This document shows, in pieces, positions 40,348-50,964 of a stretch of 64,000 bases of DNA (the stretch's first letter is position 1; each line of letters begins with the position of its first letter). The notes beneath the pieces are model-generated. The model was not told the origin of the DNA, did not search any database, and saw only the letters and a list, made by a program, of their open reading frames with translations. The DNA is from Gemmatimonadaceae bacterium. GTDB lineage: Bacteria > Gemmatimonadota > Gemmatimonadetes > Gemmatimonadales > Gemmatimonadaceae. The position numbers and the translations under genes were made by a program. The stretch spans positions 1-64,000 of the forward strand of contig JBJMOW010000001.1 in the NCBI GenBank assembly GCA_045803545.1, read 5' to 3'.

Positions 40348-40979
40348 CGCCAGCTCACCGACCCGAAGACGCCAACCGCACGCGACTGCGCGATCACACC
40401 GATGTTGGTGCGAAAGTCCCAGAGGTTCGCCGCGACATACGCGTCCGCGCCCGAAAAGAGATGATTGAAGATGATTGCGGCGATCCAGTCTTCGTAGTGG
40501 GTGCGACGCGCGTCCACGCGATCGTCAGTGAACCGGCTCGCAATGTAGGTGTCGGGAATTGGCAGTCCCGTTTTCGGATCGACTTGGGCGAGGCCCGTCT
40601 CGGGATCTACCTTGTAGGTGGCAACGACACTGTCACCACGTAAGGTTTTTGCTTCCTGCAGATCGATCGCGGACTTTCTCGCCATTCCGATGGAGCCAAC
40701 CTCGATCACGGCGAACAGCATTGCTGCCTTGCTCCGCCCGAAAACCGTTTGCGCATATCCTGGCAACAACAAGGAGCTGAGAAAAGCTCGTCGCGGACTA
40801 AGCGGCGGTTTAGGTGTATCGATGTTTTGCTTTGGCAGCGCGACTCCAGCCCGCGCGCTGTCGCGCTGCTGCGAGCTCGCCATGGCAGGAGAGCCGAGTG
40901 CGATCGTGAGCGCGAGAAGGAACGGGATGGCGGGAGAGTGTGGGAATCGAACCCACCCGGCCCTACGACGTAGGGTCAC
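40344..40979 (-). CDS. hypothetical exported/membrane protein (DUF5683-like)
   Basis: SPRRAFLSSLLLPGYAQ, DAYVAANL; ATGA overlap with murI; start either GTG 40979 (inside tRNA-Sec) or ATG 40883. Confidence 0.7.
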   Translation of the reverse strand: MTLRRRAGWVRFPHSPAIPFLLALTIALGSPAMASSQQRDSARAGVALPKQNIDTPKPPLSPRRAFLSSLLLPGYAQTVFGRSKAAMLFAVIEVGSIGMARKSAIDLQEAKTLRGDSVVATYKVDPETGLAQVDPKTGLPIPDTYIASRFTDDRVDARRTHYEDWIAAIIFNHLFSGADAYVAANLWDFRTNIGVIAQSRAVGVFGSVSWR

Positions 40980-41024
40980 AGTGATTTTGAAGATCACGGA
41001 AGCCACCAGGCCCCATCCACCCCC
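40928..41024 (-). tRNA. selC: tRNA-Sec(TCA)
   Basis: 97 nt; GTGAT-CT-TCA-AA-ATCAC anticodon arm; long D stem around TGGT; long variable arm CCCTACG-T-CGTAGGG; GTGGGTTCGATTCCCAC; GCCA end; 7 nt after selD. Confidence 0.93.
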
Positions 41025-41031
41025 ATTCCAG

Positions 41032-42075
41032 TCAGACGACTTCGATCGCAACGTCTCCCCGATGAATGACCTCCCCCACGAGTACCGCGCCTTCGACGCG
41101 TGAAAGATAGTCACCAGCGCGACCCGGACTCATGGCGACGAGCAGACCGCCCGAGGTCTGCGGGTCGAACAACAGCGCACGTTCGACGTCGTCGCCGGCG
41201 TTCCAGTGAACGAGCTCTCGCAGATACTCACCGTTCCGCTTTCCACCGTCGGTGACGATGCCCGACGTTGCCGCTTCGCGCGCGCCGGGCAGTACTGGAA
41301 CGGCTGCGAGATCAATCGTCAGGGTGACCTTGCTCGCCCGCGCGATGTGCGAGGCATGGCCAAGCAATCCGAAACCAGTGATGTCCGTTGCGCACCGCGA
41401 GCCAATCGCGAGCGCAGCTCGACTCGCTTTGCCATTGAGCTCTTTCATGCGCTCCAGCATCACGCGCTGTGATTCCGCCGCAAGCTTACCTCGCTTGGAC
41501 GCCGTCGCGAGAATTCCGTTTCCGATTGGTTTGGTGAGCACGAGTTTGTCACCAGCTTTCGCACCGGCATTGGTGAGAAGAAAATCAGGGTGTGCGCGTC
41601 CAGTGACGGCCAGGCCGTACTTCAGCTCAGTGTCAATGACTGTATGCCCGCCAACGATGAGCCCACCGGCTTCGTGCACTTTCTCCTGCCCGCCCGCAAG
41701 AATTGCGGTCAGTACGTCCAGCGGCAGATCCCTGGTTGGAAACGCGACGATGTTCAACGCAGTAAGCGGCTGTCCGCCCATTGCGTAGACATCGGACAAT
41801 GCATTCGCAGCGGCGACCTGGCCGAAATCGAACGGGTCGTCCACAATGGGCGCGAAAAAATCCACCGTCTGCACGAGGGCAAGATCGTCGGACAGTCGAA
41901 AGACCCCGGCGTCGTCGAAGGTCTCGCGACCTACGAGCAGGCGTGGATCGTTCTTTACTGGGAGCGCGGCCAGCGCGCGGGAAAGGTCACCCGGACCCAT
42001 TTTTGACGCTCAACCCGCGCACTGCGCGAATTCGGTCAACCGAAACAACTCCTCGCGTGTGTGGGATGCGTTCAT
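41032..42075 (-). CDS. selD: selenide, water dikinase (selenoprotein, in-frame UGA=Sec)
   Basis: Frame extends upstream of the track ORF as MNASHTREELFRLTEFAQCAG-UGA-ASKMGP; DDAG, QTVDFF, NALSDVYAMGG, TDITGFGLLGH, DPQTSGGLL. Confidence 0.93.
41982..42004 (-). promoter_or_regulatory. putative bacterial SECIS hairpin in selD
   Basis: GGTC-CGGGT-GACC stem-loop starting 13 nt after the UGA, with possible lower AAA/TTT pairing. Confidence 0.65.
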
Positions 42076-42085
42076 GTCGGAACCG

Positions 42086-42475
42086 CTATTTGCTTCCCAA
42101 AGCGGCGATGGCGTCGATCTCTACCATGGCACCTCTGGGAAGCGCCGTCACCTGCACCGTCGAGCGGGCGGGGCGCGCGTCACCGAGCCACTTTCCATAA
42201 ACCTCGTTCACCGTCGGGAAGTTCGAGAGGTCGTGAAGATAGACCGTCGTTTTGACGACGTCGTTCCACGTGACACCGGCGGAGCGCAAAACTTCCTGCA
42301 GGTTCTGCATTACGCGCTCCGTCTGCTCGACGATCCCCCCTTCAACCATTTTGCCGCTGGTCGGATCCAGCGGAATCTGTCCGGCCGTAAAAAGGAAACC
42401 ATTGGCGACGATGCCCTGCGAGTACGGACCGATCGCCGACGGCGCTTTCTCAGTACTGATCTTCTTCGAAGGCAT
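42086..42475 (-). CDS. ridA: RidA family enamine/imine deaminase
   Basis: APSAIGPYSQ, AGQIPLDP, PARSTV, VEIDAIA. Confidence 0.92.
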   Translation of the reverse strand: MPSKKISTEKAPSAIGPYSQGIVANGFLFTAGQIPLDPTSGKMVEGGIVEQTERVMQNLQEVLRSAGVTWNDVVKTTVYLHDLSNFPTVNEVYGKWLGDARPARSTVQVTALPRGAMVEIDAIAALGSK

Positions 42476-42524
42476 CAACGCTCCGATGATTGTGCGCGAG
42501 AGGTCACTAGAGCGCGAATGTTAC

Positions 42525-43334
42525 TCACTGCGCCGCGTCGAAAGCCAGTCCAAAAAGGTGGTGTGCGTTGGTCGCAGTTGCCTCTCCTAGAGCGATCGGA
42601 TCCTCCGCCCGAGCGGTCGCCAGGCGGACAATGGTGTGTGTCACCCACGCCGGTTCGTTACGCTTCCCGCGAAACGGAACGGGCGCCAGATACGGCGAGT
42701 CCGATTCAACCAGCAGCCTGTCACTCGGCACCAATTTCAGCAGCGCATCGTCTGTCCATTTCTTGAAAGTGATGATGCCACTGAATGAGACGTACCACCC
42801 GGCGTCGATTGCAAATTCCGCGAGCGCCGCACTTCCGGTATAGCAGTGCAGGACGCCGTGTACACCAGCGGTTCGCGCTTCTCGAAGTATCGCTCTTGTA
42901 TCGTCCTCGGCGTCGCGAGTGTGGACGACGACTGGCTTGCCTGTTTCCTGGGCCAGCTTTATCTGCGCCGAGAACGCTGCCCGCTGTTCAGCGCGAGGCG
43001 AATTGTCGTAATGATAGTCGAGACCACACTCGCCGATGGCGACGGCTTCGCGGAGCAGCGAGCGCAGTATCGGAATATCACGCGCGGCGTCGAATCCGGC
43101 GGCGTCGTGGGGATGGATACCGGCAGTGGCGAAGACGAAGCCGGGATTCTCCAGGGCGATCTCGCCGGCGACCTTGGCGGCCGCCAGCGACTCACCGATG
43201 CAGACGATGGCAGCCGCGCCCGCATCGCGGGCGCGGGAGATTACGTCGTCGCGGTCGCCGTCGAACGCCGCGTCCGCGAGGTGGGCGTGGCTGTCGACGA
43301 AGATGGGCGGATGCCGCCCGTCTGACGCGGCCAT
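42525..43334 (-). CDS. TatD family hydrolase
   Basis: DSHAH, GIHPH, IGECGLDY, HTRDA, LHCY, ESDSPYLAP, NEP. Confidence 0.93.
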   Translation of the reverse strand: MAASDGRHPPIFVDSHAHLADAAFDGDRDDVISRARDAGAAAIVCIGESLAAAKVAGEIALENPGFVFATAGIHPHDAAGFDAARDIPILRSLLREAVAIGECGLDYHYDNSPRAEQRAAFSAQIKLAQETGKPVVVHTRDAEDDTRAILREARTAGVHGVLHCYTGSAALAEFAIDAGWYVSFSGIITFKKWTDDALLKLVPSDRLLVESDSPYLAPVPFRGKRNEPAWVTHTIVRLATARAEDPIALGEATATNAHHLFGLAFDAAQ

Positions 43335-44233
43335 TTGCGTTCGATCCAGAGGAGTACCGGCGCTGCTACGTAGATGGAGCTGAAAGTTCCGGTAACAATA
43401 CCGAACGCCATCACCCAGGCGAAGGGGCGAATGACCTCACCAGCGAAGAACAACAGCGCGAGCGTGGCCGCAAACGTGGTGACGTGAGTCAACACCGAAC
43501 GCGGCAAGGTCTCGTTGATCGACCGGTTGAGCGTGTCGTACAGGCTTTCCTTCCGGCCCTTGCGCAGGTTCTCGCGCACACGATCGAAGATGATGATGGT
43601 GTCGTTCAAGGAGTAGCCAAGCACCGTCAGCAGACCCGCGACGACGGTCAGGGAGATCTCCAAATGCATCAACTTGAGGAATGCGATCGTCGTGAACACG
43701 TCATGGCTGGTGGCGATGACAGCGGCAAGAGCGAAGCGCCATTCGAAACGGATCGACAGATAAACGAGTGTGATCAGGAACGAGAGCAGGATCGCGATGA
43801 CCGCGCCCCGCTTGAGCTCGGATCCGACGCGGGGGCCGACCGCCTCGGTGCGCACCACTTTCACATCGTTGGCGCCGAAGCGCTGCTGGAGCACCCCCGT
43901 GATTTTTTGAGCGATGGTCTGTGCTCCATTGGCTTGAGCGGCAACCTGTGACTCCTCCTGAGCGCGGACGGTAAAGTCACGGTTTGTACCGAACTGTTGA
44001 ATTTCGGCACCGCGAATACCGGCGTTGTCGAGCGCGGACCGGATCTGGGCAACATCAGGTGGAGTTGCGAATTGCAGCTGCATCAGCGTGCCGCCAGTGA
44101 ACTCGATGCTGTAGTTCGGTGGCTTGATCGCGAGAGAGCCAAGGCCGAGAAGGATGAACGCGATCGTGATCGCGGCCATCACTTTCCACCAGCGGATGAA
44201 ATCGTATGTGGTGTCGTGAAGAATGCGAAGCAT
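43241..44233 (-). CDS. secF: protein translocase subunit SecF
   Basis: IEFTGG, EAVGP, GYSLNDTIIIFDRVREN, GTFSSIYVA. Confidence 0.96.
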   Translation of the reverse strand: MLRILHDTTYDFIRWWKVMAAITIAFILLGLGSLAIKPPNYSIEFTGGTLMQLQFATPPDVAQIRSALDNAGIRGAEIQQFGTNRDFTVRAQEESQVAAQANGAQTIAQKITGVLQQRFGANDVKVVRTEAVGPRVGSELKRGAVIAILLSFLITLVYLSIRFEWRFALAAVIATSHDVFTTIAFLKLMHLEISLTVVAGLLTVLGYSLNDTIIIFDRVRENLRKGRKESLYDTLNRSINETLPRSVLTHVTTFAATLALLFFAGEVIRPFAWVMAFGIVTGTFSSIYVAAPVLLWIERKWPRQTGGIRPSSSTATPTSRTRRSTATATT

Positions 44234-45897
44234 TAGATGCTCAGAGTTGTCTGGGCTTCGCGCGTGCGATCGAGCCAGATCATGTAGAAGGTGCGGACGA
44301 CGAAGATCGCGGTAATCATTGAGGCTGCGATACCCGCCAGCAGTGTGACGGCGAATCCGCGCACTGGACCAGTACCGTACTGATAAAGCACCGCCGCAGT
44401 CAGCGCGGTTGCGACGTTGGAGTCGACGATCGCGCTCATCGCGTGGCGGAAGCCTTCATCGATCGCGGTGCGGACCGTTTTGCCGTGCGCGAGCTCTTCG
44501 CGAATGCGCTCGAAGATCAGCACGTTCGCATCCACCGCAATACCGATCGAGAGCACGAAGCCGGCAATCCCCGGCAACGTAAGCACCGCGCCAAATCCAG
44601 CCAGCGCGGCAAGCGTGTACAGGATGTAAAGCGCGAGGGCCGCAACCGCGAGCGCGCCCGAGAACCGGTAGTAGCCAAGCATTACAACCACCACCAGCAC
44701 GATCGCGATGATGCCCGCCGTAATTCCCTTGTGAATCGAGTCTTTGCCGAGGCTGGCCCCGATCTGATGGAAATCAGTGACCTTGAGCGGGACCGGGAGC
44801 GAGCCCGCGCGCAGCACCAGCGCCAGATCCTGAGCCGCCTGCAGATCCCTGCCGCCCATGGTGATCTGTCCGCGTTGGCCAATCGCGTTCTGAATGACCG
44901 GCGGATGTCCCATCACTCGATCGTCGAGTACAATCGCCATGAAGTCCTTGACGTGCCTGGCGGTCTCGGTGCGGAAACGACGCGCGCCTTCGTTGTTCAG
45001 CGTGAACTCAACGATGTTGCCTTCGGTCGGAGACGTATTGGGCTTGGCGTCGGTGAGGTACTCACCGGTAATAATGGGCTTCGCATCGAGCACGTAGAAC
45101 GGACGGTAAACGCGATTACCCAGCGAAAGCGTGTCACTGCTCCAGCGAACAACCTTGCCTGGCGGAAGCGCGTCCTGGATCTGGGGTAGCGCGAGATACT
45201 GCGTGACGGTATTCACATCGGTCTCGGCGACGTAGTACTCGCCCGGCATTGAGCCCTGCTGAACCAGCTTCGTGAAAGCTCCCGGCCCGCCAATCGTAGC
45301 GGCAGCAGCTGCGGTCGTATCCTTTTTGGTGGAATCGGCTTTCTTCGACGTATCCGTAGAAAAAAGATTCTGCAAGCCTGCGTTCCCTGTATCCGTTTTT
45401 GCCGTAGCTGTGCCCGCGTTGGAAGCAACGGTGACCTTGGCGTCCTTCAATAACGCGTCGAGTCGCGGCAGCGTTTTTTCGAGAGCCTGGGTCTTGTCGG
45501 TGATCTGGAACTGCAGGAATGCTGATTTCTGAACGACATCCTGCGCGCGTTGCGGATCGTCGATGCCCGGGAGCTCAACGATGATTCGGTCGCTACCAAC
45601 TTTCTGGACGACGGGCTCTGAAACGCCAAACTCGTCGATGCGGTTGCGAACGACTTTCAGCGCATTATCGATTGCCTTCGCTTTGTCGGGGACAGCTCCT
45701 TTGGACTCGTCAACCTCAAGCCTCAGGTGCATTCCGCCTTGCAGGTCCAGTCCGCGCTTGAGCGGTACCCGGCTGACCGTGTCGTAAACGTAGACGCCGT
45801 TGCGTTGCACGCGCTCGACCACGGTGCGCGGAAAAAGAAACCATCCCGACAGCGCGATCAAGCCGAGAATTATGGCGATCCTGACCTTCAAACTCAT
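44233..45897 (-). CDS. secD: protein translocase subunit SecD
   Basis: [47 protein letters not shown]. Confidence 0.96.
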   Translation of the reverse strand: MSLKVRIAIILGLIALSGWFLFPRTVVERVQRNGVYVYDTVSRVPLKRGLDLQGGMHLRLEVDESKGAVPDKAKAIDNALKVVRNRIDEFGVSEPVVQKVGSDRIIVELPGIDDPQRAQDVVQKSAFLQFQITDKTQALEKTLPRLDALLKDAKVTVASNAGTATAKTDTGNAGLQNLFSTDTSKKADSTKKDTTAAAAATIGGPGAFTKLVQQGSMPGEYYVAETDVNTVTQYLALPQIQDALPPGKVVRWSSDTLSLGNRVYRPFYVLDAKPIITGEYLTDAKPNTSPTEGNIVEFTLNNEGARRFRTETARHVKDFMAIVLDDRVMGHPPVIQNAIGQRGQITMGGRDLQAAQDLALVLRAGSLPVPLKVTDFHQIGASLGKDSIHKGITAGIIAIVLVVVVMLGYYRFSGALAVAALALYILYTLAALAGFGAVLTLPGIAGFVLSIGIAVDANVLIFERIREELAHGKTVRTAIDEGFRHAMSAIVDSNVATALTAAVLYQYGTGPVRGFAVTLLAGIAASMITAIFVVRTFYMIWLDRTREAQTTLSI

Positions 45898-45952
45898 CGT
45901 GACTTAAAGAAGAAGTTACAGTTCGAGACTAGCCTGTAAGGTTACCGGCGCT

Positions 45953-46894
45953 CTACTGGAGAGTCAACGCATTTCTTGCATCGCGCTCGTCGTGCGCGAG
46001 CTGATTTGTCAGCTGTTCTACCGAAGCAAACTTCCGCGTTTCCCGCAGGTGCGCGACGAAATCAACTCGCACCCGCTCGTCATACAGATCACCGGTCTTA
46101 TCGAACAGGTGCACTTCCAGCGAAGTCGCGGAATCACCGAACGTCGGACGCGGGCCGAGATTCATCATTCCGCCGTATGGACCGCTGGGAGTCTGCACCC
46201 GCACCGCATATACACCTTCGGGCGGCAGAAGCTTCCGCGGACGAGGTGGACCAAGGTTAATGGTTGGAAACCCTATGGTGCGCCCACGCTGAGTGCCGGG
46301 CACAACCTTACCGCTAACCGAATACGATCTGCCCAACGCTTCGGCAGCGCGAACCAGGTCGCCGCCGGCGATCGCTCGCCGAATCGACGTCGACGACACG
46401 GACAACCCTTCAGCGGTGGACACTGGTTCCACCACGTCGACCTTGAAACCATCGCGCTCACCGAGCTGCTTGAGCACACCGACATTTCCGGCGCGCTGGC
46501 GACCGAAGCCGTGGTCGTACCCAATCAGCAGCTCGCGCAACCGAAAGCACCGGCGCAGCACCAGCTCGACGAACTCTTCGGCCGAGTAGGCCGCGAGTGA
46601 TGCTGTGAACGGGATCACTGCCACATAGTCGAGTCCCGTTTCGGCGAGTACCTCGAGCTTCTCGTCGTGCAGCGTGAGCAGCAGAGGCGCGGCGGCCGGA
46701 TTGACGACCTCGAGCGGATGGGGCTCGAACGTAACCAACACACTCGGCACGCTCAGGTCCTGTGCCCGACGCACCAGCCGCTCGATTACATCGCGGTGAC
46801 CGCGGTGAACGCCGTCGAATGTGCCAACCGTGACGACTGTCGCGCCGACGTGGGGTGGCAGACCTGACGCGTCCAGATCGAGACGCTCAGGCAT
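45953..46894 (-). CDS. ribF: bifunctional riboflavin kinase/FAD synthetase
   Basis: GTFDGVHRGH, TFEPHP, SSTSIR, GRTIGFPTIN, GPRPTF, LEVHL. Confidence 0.96.
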   Translation of the reverse strand: MPERLDLDASGLPPHVGATVVTVGTFDGVHRGHRDVIERLVRRAQDLSVPSVLVTFEPHPLEVVNPAAAPLLLTLHDEKLEVLAETGLDYVAVIPFTASLAAYSAEEFVELVLRRCFRLRELLIGYDHGFGRQRAGNVGVLKQLGERDGFKVDVVEPVSTAEGLSVSSTSIRRAIAGGDLVRAAEALGRSYSVSGKVVPGTQRGRTIGFPTINLGPPRPRKLLPPEGVYAVRVQTPSGPYGGMMNLGPRPTFGDSATSLEVHLFDKTGDLYDERVRVDFVAHLRETRKFASVEQLTNQLAHDERDARNALTLQ

Positions 46895-47606
46895 CGGCGA
46901 TGACACGCAACCACTTCACTCGCGCCGGATCTTTGGAAAGAGTTTCCAGAGTGGCGGCTTGAGCGACGTCGAAGTGGCCGGCGCGTGTCCGACGCAACGC
47001 CGAGAGATGCGCGGCAGACGATGTCAGACGGCCAAGGTCGCGAGCGAGTGCACGAATGTAAGTGCCGCCACTGCACGTTATCACCGCCGACAATCTTCCA
47101 TCGGTGTAAGGCCCGAGTTGCCATGAGTGAACGGTGACGTCGACGGCAGGAAGATCGAGCGGGTCGCCCCGACGGGCAGCATCGTAGGCCCGTGTTCCGT
47201 CGACACTCTTCGCAGAGTACGCGGGGGGAACCTGCGAGACCGCACCGCTGAGATTTGAAATGGCGCGTTTAACGAGCGCCTCGGTCGGCGCATCGGCGGT
47301 CCGGATCACGGTTCCGGTGGCATCATCGGTGTCAGTCTCTTCTCCGAAACTGATCACCGCCTCGTAAACCTTCGGCTCGGCGTCGATGAACGTCGCCAGG
47401 CGGGTAGCGCGGCCGAGCAGGAGAATCAGAAGGCCGGTTGCAAAAGGATCGAGCGTTCCCAGATGGCCGATGCTGCGTTCGCCATAAACGCGTCGTACAC
47501 GCTGAACAACGTCGTGCGACGTCATGCCCGCAGGCTTGTCGATCAGCAACAATCCCTGAACCGGCCCGTTCCGCGTTTCGAGCGCGTCAGTCCTCTTCTC
47601 GTCCAC
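46887..47606 (-). CDS. truB: tRNA pseudouridine(55) synthase
   Basis: DKPAGMTSHDVV, GHLGTLDPFATG, QVPPAYSA, GTYIRALARDLG; start uncertain (47606 or 47621). Confidence 0.95.
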   Translation of the reverse strand: MDEKRTDALETRNGPVQGLLLIDKPAGMTSHDVVQRVRRVYGERSIGHLGTLDPFATGLLILLLGRATRLATFIDAEPKVYEAVISFGEETDTDDATGTVIRTADAPTEALVKRAISNLSGAVSQVPPAYSAKSVDGTRAYDAARRGDPLDLPAVDVTVHSWQLGPYTDGRLSAVITCSGGTYIRALARDLGRLTSSAAHLSALRRTRAGHFDVAQAATLETLSKDPARVKWLRVIADA

Positions 47607-47970
47607 GCGCTGCCGCATCATCCTGCCTTTTGACGTCCGCGAGCAACGACTCTATCCGCGCCGCGCGCGCGATGGTGTCGTCTTCCTTGAACTGAATCTC
47701 GGGTGCGACGCGGAGTCGCAGCTGACGCGCGAGGTGTGAGCGGAGGTGCGAGGCGATGCTGTCCAGACCGTCAAACGTCGCCTGCTTTTCGCTGTCGCTG
47801 CCGAGCACGCTGACGTAGACGCGAGCATGGCGGAGATCGGGCGTGACTTCGGCGGCTGTCACCGTCACGAAGCCAACGATCCGTGGATCCTTTGCCGATT
47901 CGGTCAGGAAGGTCGCTACCTCGACGCGGATCGCTTCGGCGACGCGGTCCGCTCGACGCGTATTACGCAG
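47587..47970 (-). CDS. rbfA: 30S ribosome-binding factor A (apparent CTG start)
   Basis: Frame reads (CTG)[14 protein letters not shown]...KDPRIVGFVTVT...TPDLRHARVYV...LRVAPEIQF..D; lies between infB and truB. Confidence 0.9.
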   Translation of the reverse strand: MRNTRRADRVAEAIRVEVATFLTESAKDPRIVGFVTVTAAEVTPDLRHARVYVSVLGSDSEKQATFDGLDSIASHLRSHLARQLRLRVAPEIQFKEDDTIARAARIESLLADVKRQDDAAARGREED

Positions 47971-50617
47971 ACGCGCCCGCCGCTGAAGTCAGGGTACGAG
48001 CAACCTGCTCCTTCCGATAACACTCGAGCACATCTCCAACCTTAAGGTCGTTGAAGTTCTCGACGCCGATGCCGCACTCGAAGCCTTCACGCACTTCTTT
48101 GACATCGTCCTTGAAGCGGCGCAAAGAGCCGATATTGCCATCGTAAAGCTCGATACTATCGCGAATGACGCGAATGCGGCCCTGCCGATTGATCACACCG
48201 CTCCGCACGGAGCAGCCGGCGATGACGCCCATGCGCGGGACCTTGAACAGCTCGCGCACTTCCGCCTCCCCGAGCACGACTTCTTTCTCTTCCGGCCGCA
48301 GCATGCCTTCCAGCGCGGCGCGGACGTCCTCGATCGCTTCGTAGATGATCTTGTAAAGCTTGATCTCCACGCCTTCGCGCTCCGCGGCGGCACGCGCGTT
48401 GTTGTCCGGCCGCACGTGGAACCCGACGATGATCGCGCCGGAGGCTCGAGCCAGCAGAATGTCACTCTCCGTAATCGCACCGACACCGCGATGAATTACA
48501 TCGACTGACACCTCGTCGTTCGACAACTGAGCGAGTGCGTCGGCGAGTGCTTCGGCCGGTCCACCCTGGTCCGCCTTGATGACTATGCGCAGCGTGCGCT
48601 TCTGGCCTGGTGCCGTCTGCGACATGAAGTCTTCGAGCGACACGACGCCTTTGGCGGTACGACGGCTCTTCGCCTCGCGATCGAGCCGCTGCCGACGCTG
48701 AGCAATTTCGCGCGACTCGATCGCATCCTCGACGACGACAAACTGATCGCCGGCGACCGGTACGCCACCGATACCGAGGACTTGAGCCGGGATCGCCGGA
48801 CCAGCCTCCTTCACGTTGCGACCACGCTCATCGAGCAACGCGCGCACGCGACCGGAGTACATGCCGCAAATGAAGTCATCGCCCACGTGCAGCGTGCCGT
48901 TCTGGACGAGAATCGTTGCGACGGGCCCTTTGCCCGGATCGAGCTGGGCTTCGACCACCGCTCCGGCAGCGGCGCGGTTCGGATTGGCCTTGAGATCGAG
49001 GATTTCAGCCTGCAGGAGAAGCTGATCCAGCAGCCCCTGGATGTTCGTTCCCTTCTTAGCGGACACCTCACTCGACAGAACGGTGCCGCCGAACTCCTCG
49101 AGCACGACGCCGTGCTGAAGAAGATCCTGTTTCACCTTCATCGGGTTTGCGCCAGGGAGGTCAATTTTATTGATGGCAACGATCATGGGCACGCCCGCGT
49201 TCTTGGCGTGCGAAATCGCCTCGATGGTCTGCGGCATCACCTGATCGTCTGCTGCGACCACGAGTACGACGATGTCCGTTACTTGCGCACCGCGGGCGCG
49301 CATGGCGGTGAACGCTTCGTGACCCGGCGTGTCGAGGAAGGTGATCGACTTGTCGCCTGGCAACGTGACGTGATACGCGCCGATGTGCTGCGTGATACCA
49401 CCCGACTCGCCCGCCACCACATTCGACTTCCGGATGTAGTCGAGCAACGATGTCTTGCCATGGTCGACGTGTCCCATAATCGTGACCACCGGCGGACGAG
49501 ACTCCAACTGCTCAGCGGTGTCCTCAGTAGGCGTCGTGTTCAGGTCGGCAGCGTACTCCTCTTCCTTCACTGCCTGGAATCCGAACTCACCAGCAATCAA
49601 TTCGATCTGATCGAAGTCCAGGCGCTGGTTGATGGTGATCATCAGGCCAAGATTCTTGAATGCGAAGCCGACGATCTGGACGGCAGGAACCTTGAGGATC
49701 TGCGCCAGCTCGCTGACGGTGATGAACTCGTTGACACGAACTGTCTTCTTCTCGCGCTCGGCCTCTGCCTGGCGCTGAGCGGCAAGCTCTTCGCGCGAGC
49801 CGTCGTCGCGTCGCGCAGGTCCGCGTCTGATCGGACCGCGCATCGAAGCCATCGTCTTACCAATGTTCGCCTGCACCGCTTCCTGATCGACGCCGCGCTT
49901 GCCCTTTTTGCCGCGGCGCGCACCACGATCCTCACCGCGAGGTGCACCACCTCGATCGTCGCGACGGGTCGGAGCGCTTGGAACGCCCGGGGCCGCCGAC
50001 GCAACGGGGCGCGGCGGAGTGAATGGAGCGCCGGTAGCGATGGGCCGAGGGCGCGGCGCACCGGGGACGACGGGTTGCGGGCGTTGACGCTCGCGACTGT
50101 CGGTGCGTTCGCCTCCACTGCTGTGGGTTCCAGCTGAGGGCGGCGGTGCACTCGGCCGCGGCTGCGGAGGAGCGGGTCTGGGCCGCTCGATCACCGCAGC
50201 CTCCGAAGACGCTGCAATCGACGGCGCCGCAGCCGGAGCAACTGGCGGGGACGACGCTGCCGCCTTCGCTTGCGGAGCGGCGCTCACGGGCGGAGGTGTC
50301 GGCTCGGCAGGAGCCTCAGGCATAACGCGACGACGCCGGCGAACGGAACCTTCGGCACTCGGCGCGGGTTCCGCATTCGCTTCTGGTGCCGGAGCGGCAG
50401 TCGCTGCTCCGCGACGACGACGTGCAGTCGCCGGCGGCGCGGCGACACGCGCCCGCTTCTCACGCTCCCAACGGGCGCGAATGCGGGCGACCTGATCGTC
50501 ACTCAACGGGCTTAAATGGCTGCGAACGGGAACGTCCATTTGGCGAAGCAGATTTACTACTTCATCACTGGAGATTCCAAATTCGCTGGCCAGGTCATGC
50601 ACTCGAAGCTTGCTCAA
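47963..50617 (-). CDS. infB: translation initiation factor IF-2
   Basis: [37 protein letters not shown]. Confidence 0.98.
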   Translation of the reverse strand: MSKLRVHDLASEFGISSDEVVNLLRQMDVPVRSHLSPLSDDQVARIRARWEREKRARVAAPPATARRRRGAATAAPAPEANAEPAPSAEGSVRRRRRVMPEAPAEPTPPPVSAAPQAKAAASSPPVAPAAAPSIAASSEAAVIERPRPAPPQPRPSAPPPSAGTHSSGGERTDSRERQRPQPVVPGAPRPRPIATGAPFTPPRPVASAAPGVPSAPTRRDDRGGAPRGEDRGARRGKKGKRGVDQEAVQANIGKTMASMRGPIRRGPARRDDGSREELAAQRQAEAEREKKTVRVNEFITVSELAQILKVPAVQIVGFAFKNLGLMITINQRLDFDQIELIAGEFGFQAVKEEEYAADLNTTPTEDTAEQLESRPPVVTIMGHVDHGKTSLLDYIRKSNVVAGESGGITQHIGAYHVTLPGDKSITFLDTPGHEAFTAMRARGAQVTDIVVLVVAADDQVMPQTIEAISHAKNAGVPMIVAINKIDLPGANPMKVKQDLLQHGVVLEEFGGTVLSSEVSAKKGTNIQGLLDQLLLQAEILDLKANPNRAAAGAVVEAQLDPGKGPVATILVQNGTLHVGDDFICGMYSGRVRALLDERGRNVKEAGPAIPAQVLGIGGVPVAGDQFVVVEDAIESREIAQRRQRLDREAKSRRTAKGVVSLEDFMSQTAPGQKRTLRIVIKADQGGPAEALADALAQLSNDEVSVDVIHRGVGAITESDILLARASGAIIVGFHVRPDNNARAAAEREGVEIKLYKIIYEAIEDVRAALEGMLRPEEKEVVLGEAEVRELFKVPRMGVIAGCSVRSGVINRQGRIRVIRDSIELYDGNIGSLRRFKDDVKEVREGFECGIGVENFNDLKVGDVLECYRKEQVARTLTSAAGASA

Positions 50618-50961
50618 ACAACATCCTCCTTAACGACTCTCGGCATCGGCTCCGCGCTCAACGCCCGGATTCCTTTTGCCAAACCCTTATCGACAATCCC
50701 GACAACTGCAGTTGTTTCGCGGCCCGCTGCTTCACCAAGCTCGATTGCCGACGGACCGGCGAGAACGGTGATTCCCCGAGCCTGAAGCAGCGGAACGACT
50801 TTATTCAAACTGTTGCTAGAAGCATCGGGTGCCGCAATAGCGAGATGTAGTTTTCCCCGCTTGGCAGCGTCCCGAACTCTTTCCACTCCCACGACGACGC
50901 GCCTGCCCCGCACGCCGAGCCCAATCAGGCTAAGCATTTTGCGTTGCTGGTGCGTGTCCAT
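50614..50961 (-). CDS. L7Ae/L30e-family RNA-binding protein (YlxQ-like)
   Basis: LIGLG...VVVG...DAS..S...ELGEAAGR; between nusA and infB. Confidence 0.85.
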   Translation of the reverse strand: MDTHQQRKMLSLIGLGVRGRRVVVGVERVRDAAKRGKLHLAIAAPDASSNSLNKVVPLLQARGITVLAGPSAIELGEAAGRETTAVVGIVDKGLAKGIRALSAEPMPRVVKEDVV

Positions 50962-50964
50962 TCC

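Noticed and set aside
41032..42075. selD as a pseudogene or N-terminally truncated gene
   Set aside because: The UGA is at the catalytic site with a SECIS-like hairpin and adjacent tRNA-Sec; recoding is the better explanation
42785..43951. 388-aa plus-strand ORF (also 48782-50137, 26908-27981, 41846-42766)
   Set aside because: Antisense shadows of well-supported genes (tatD/secF, infB, susC, selD/ridA), typical of GC-rich DNA
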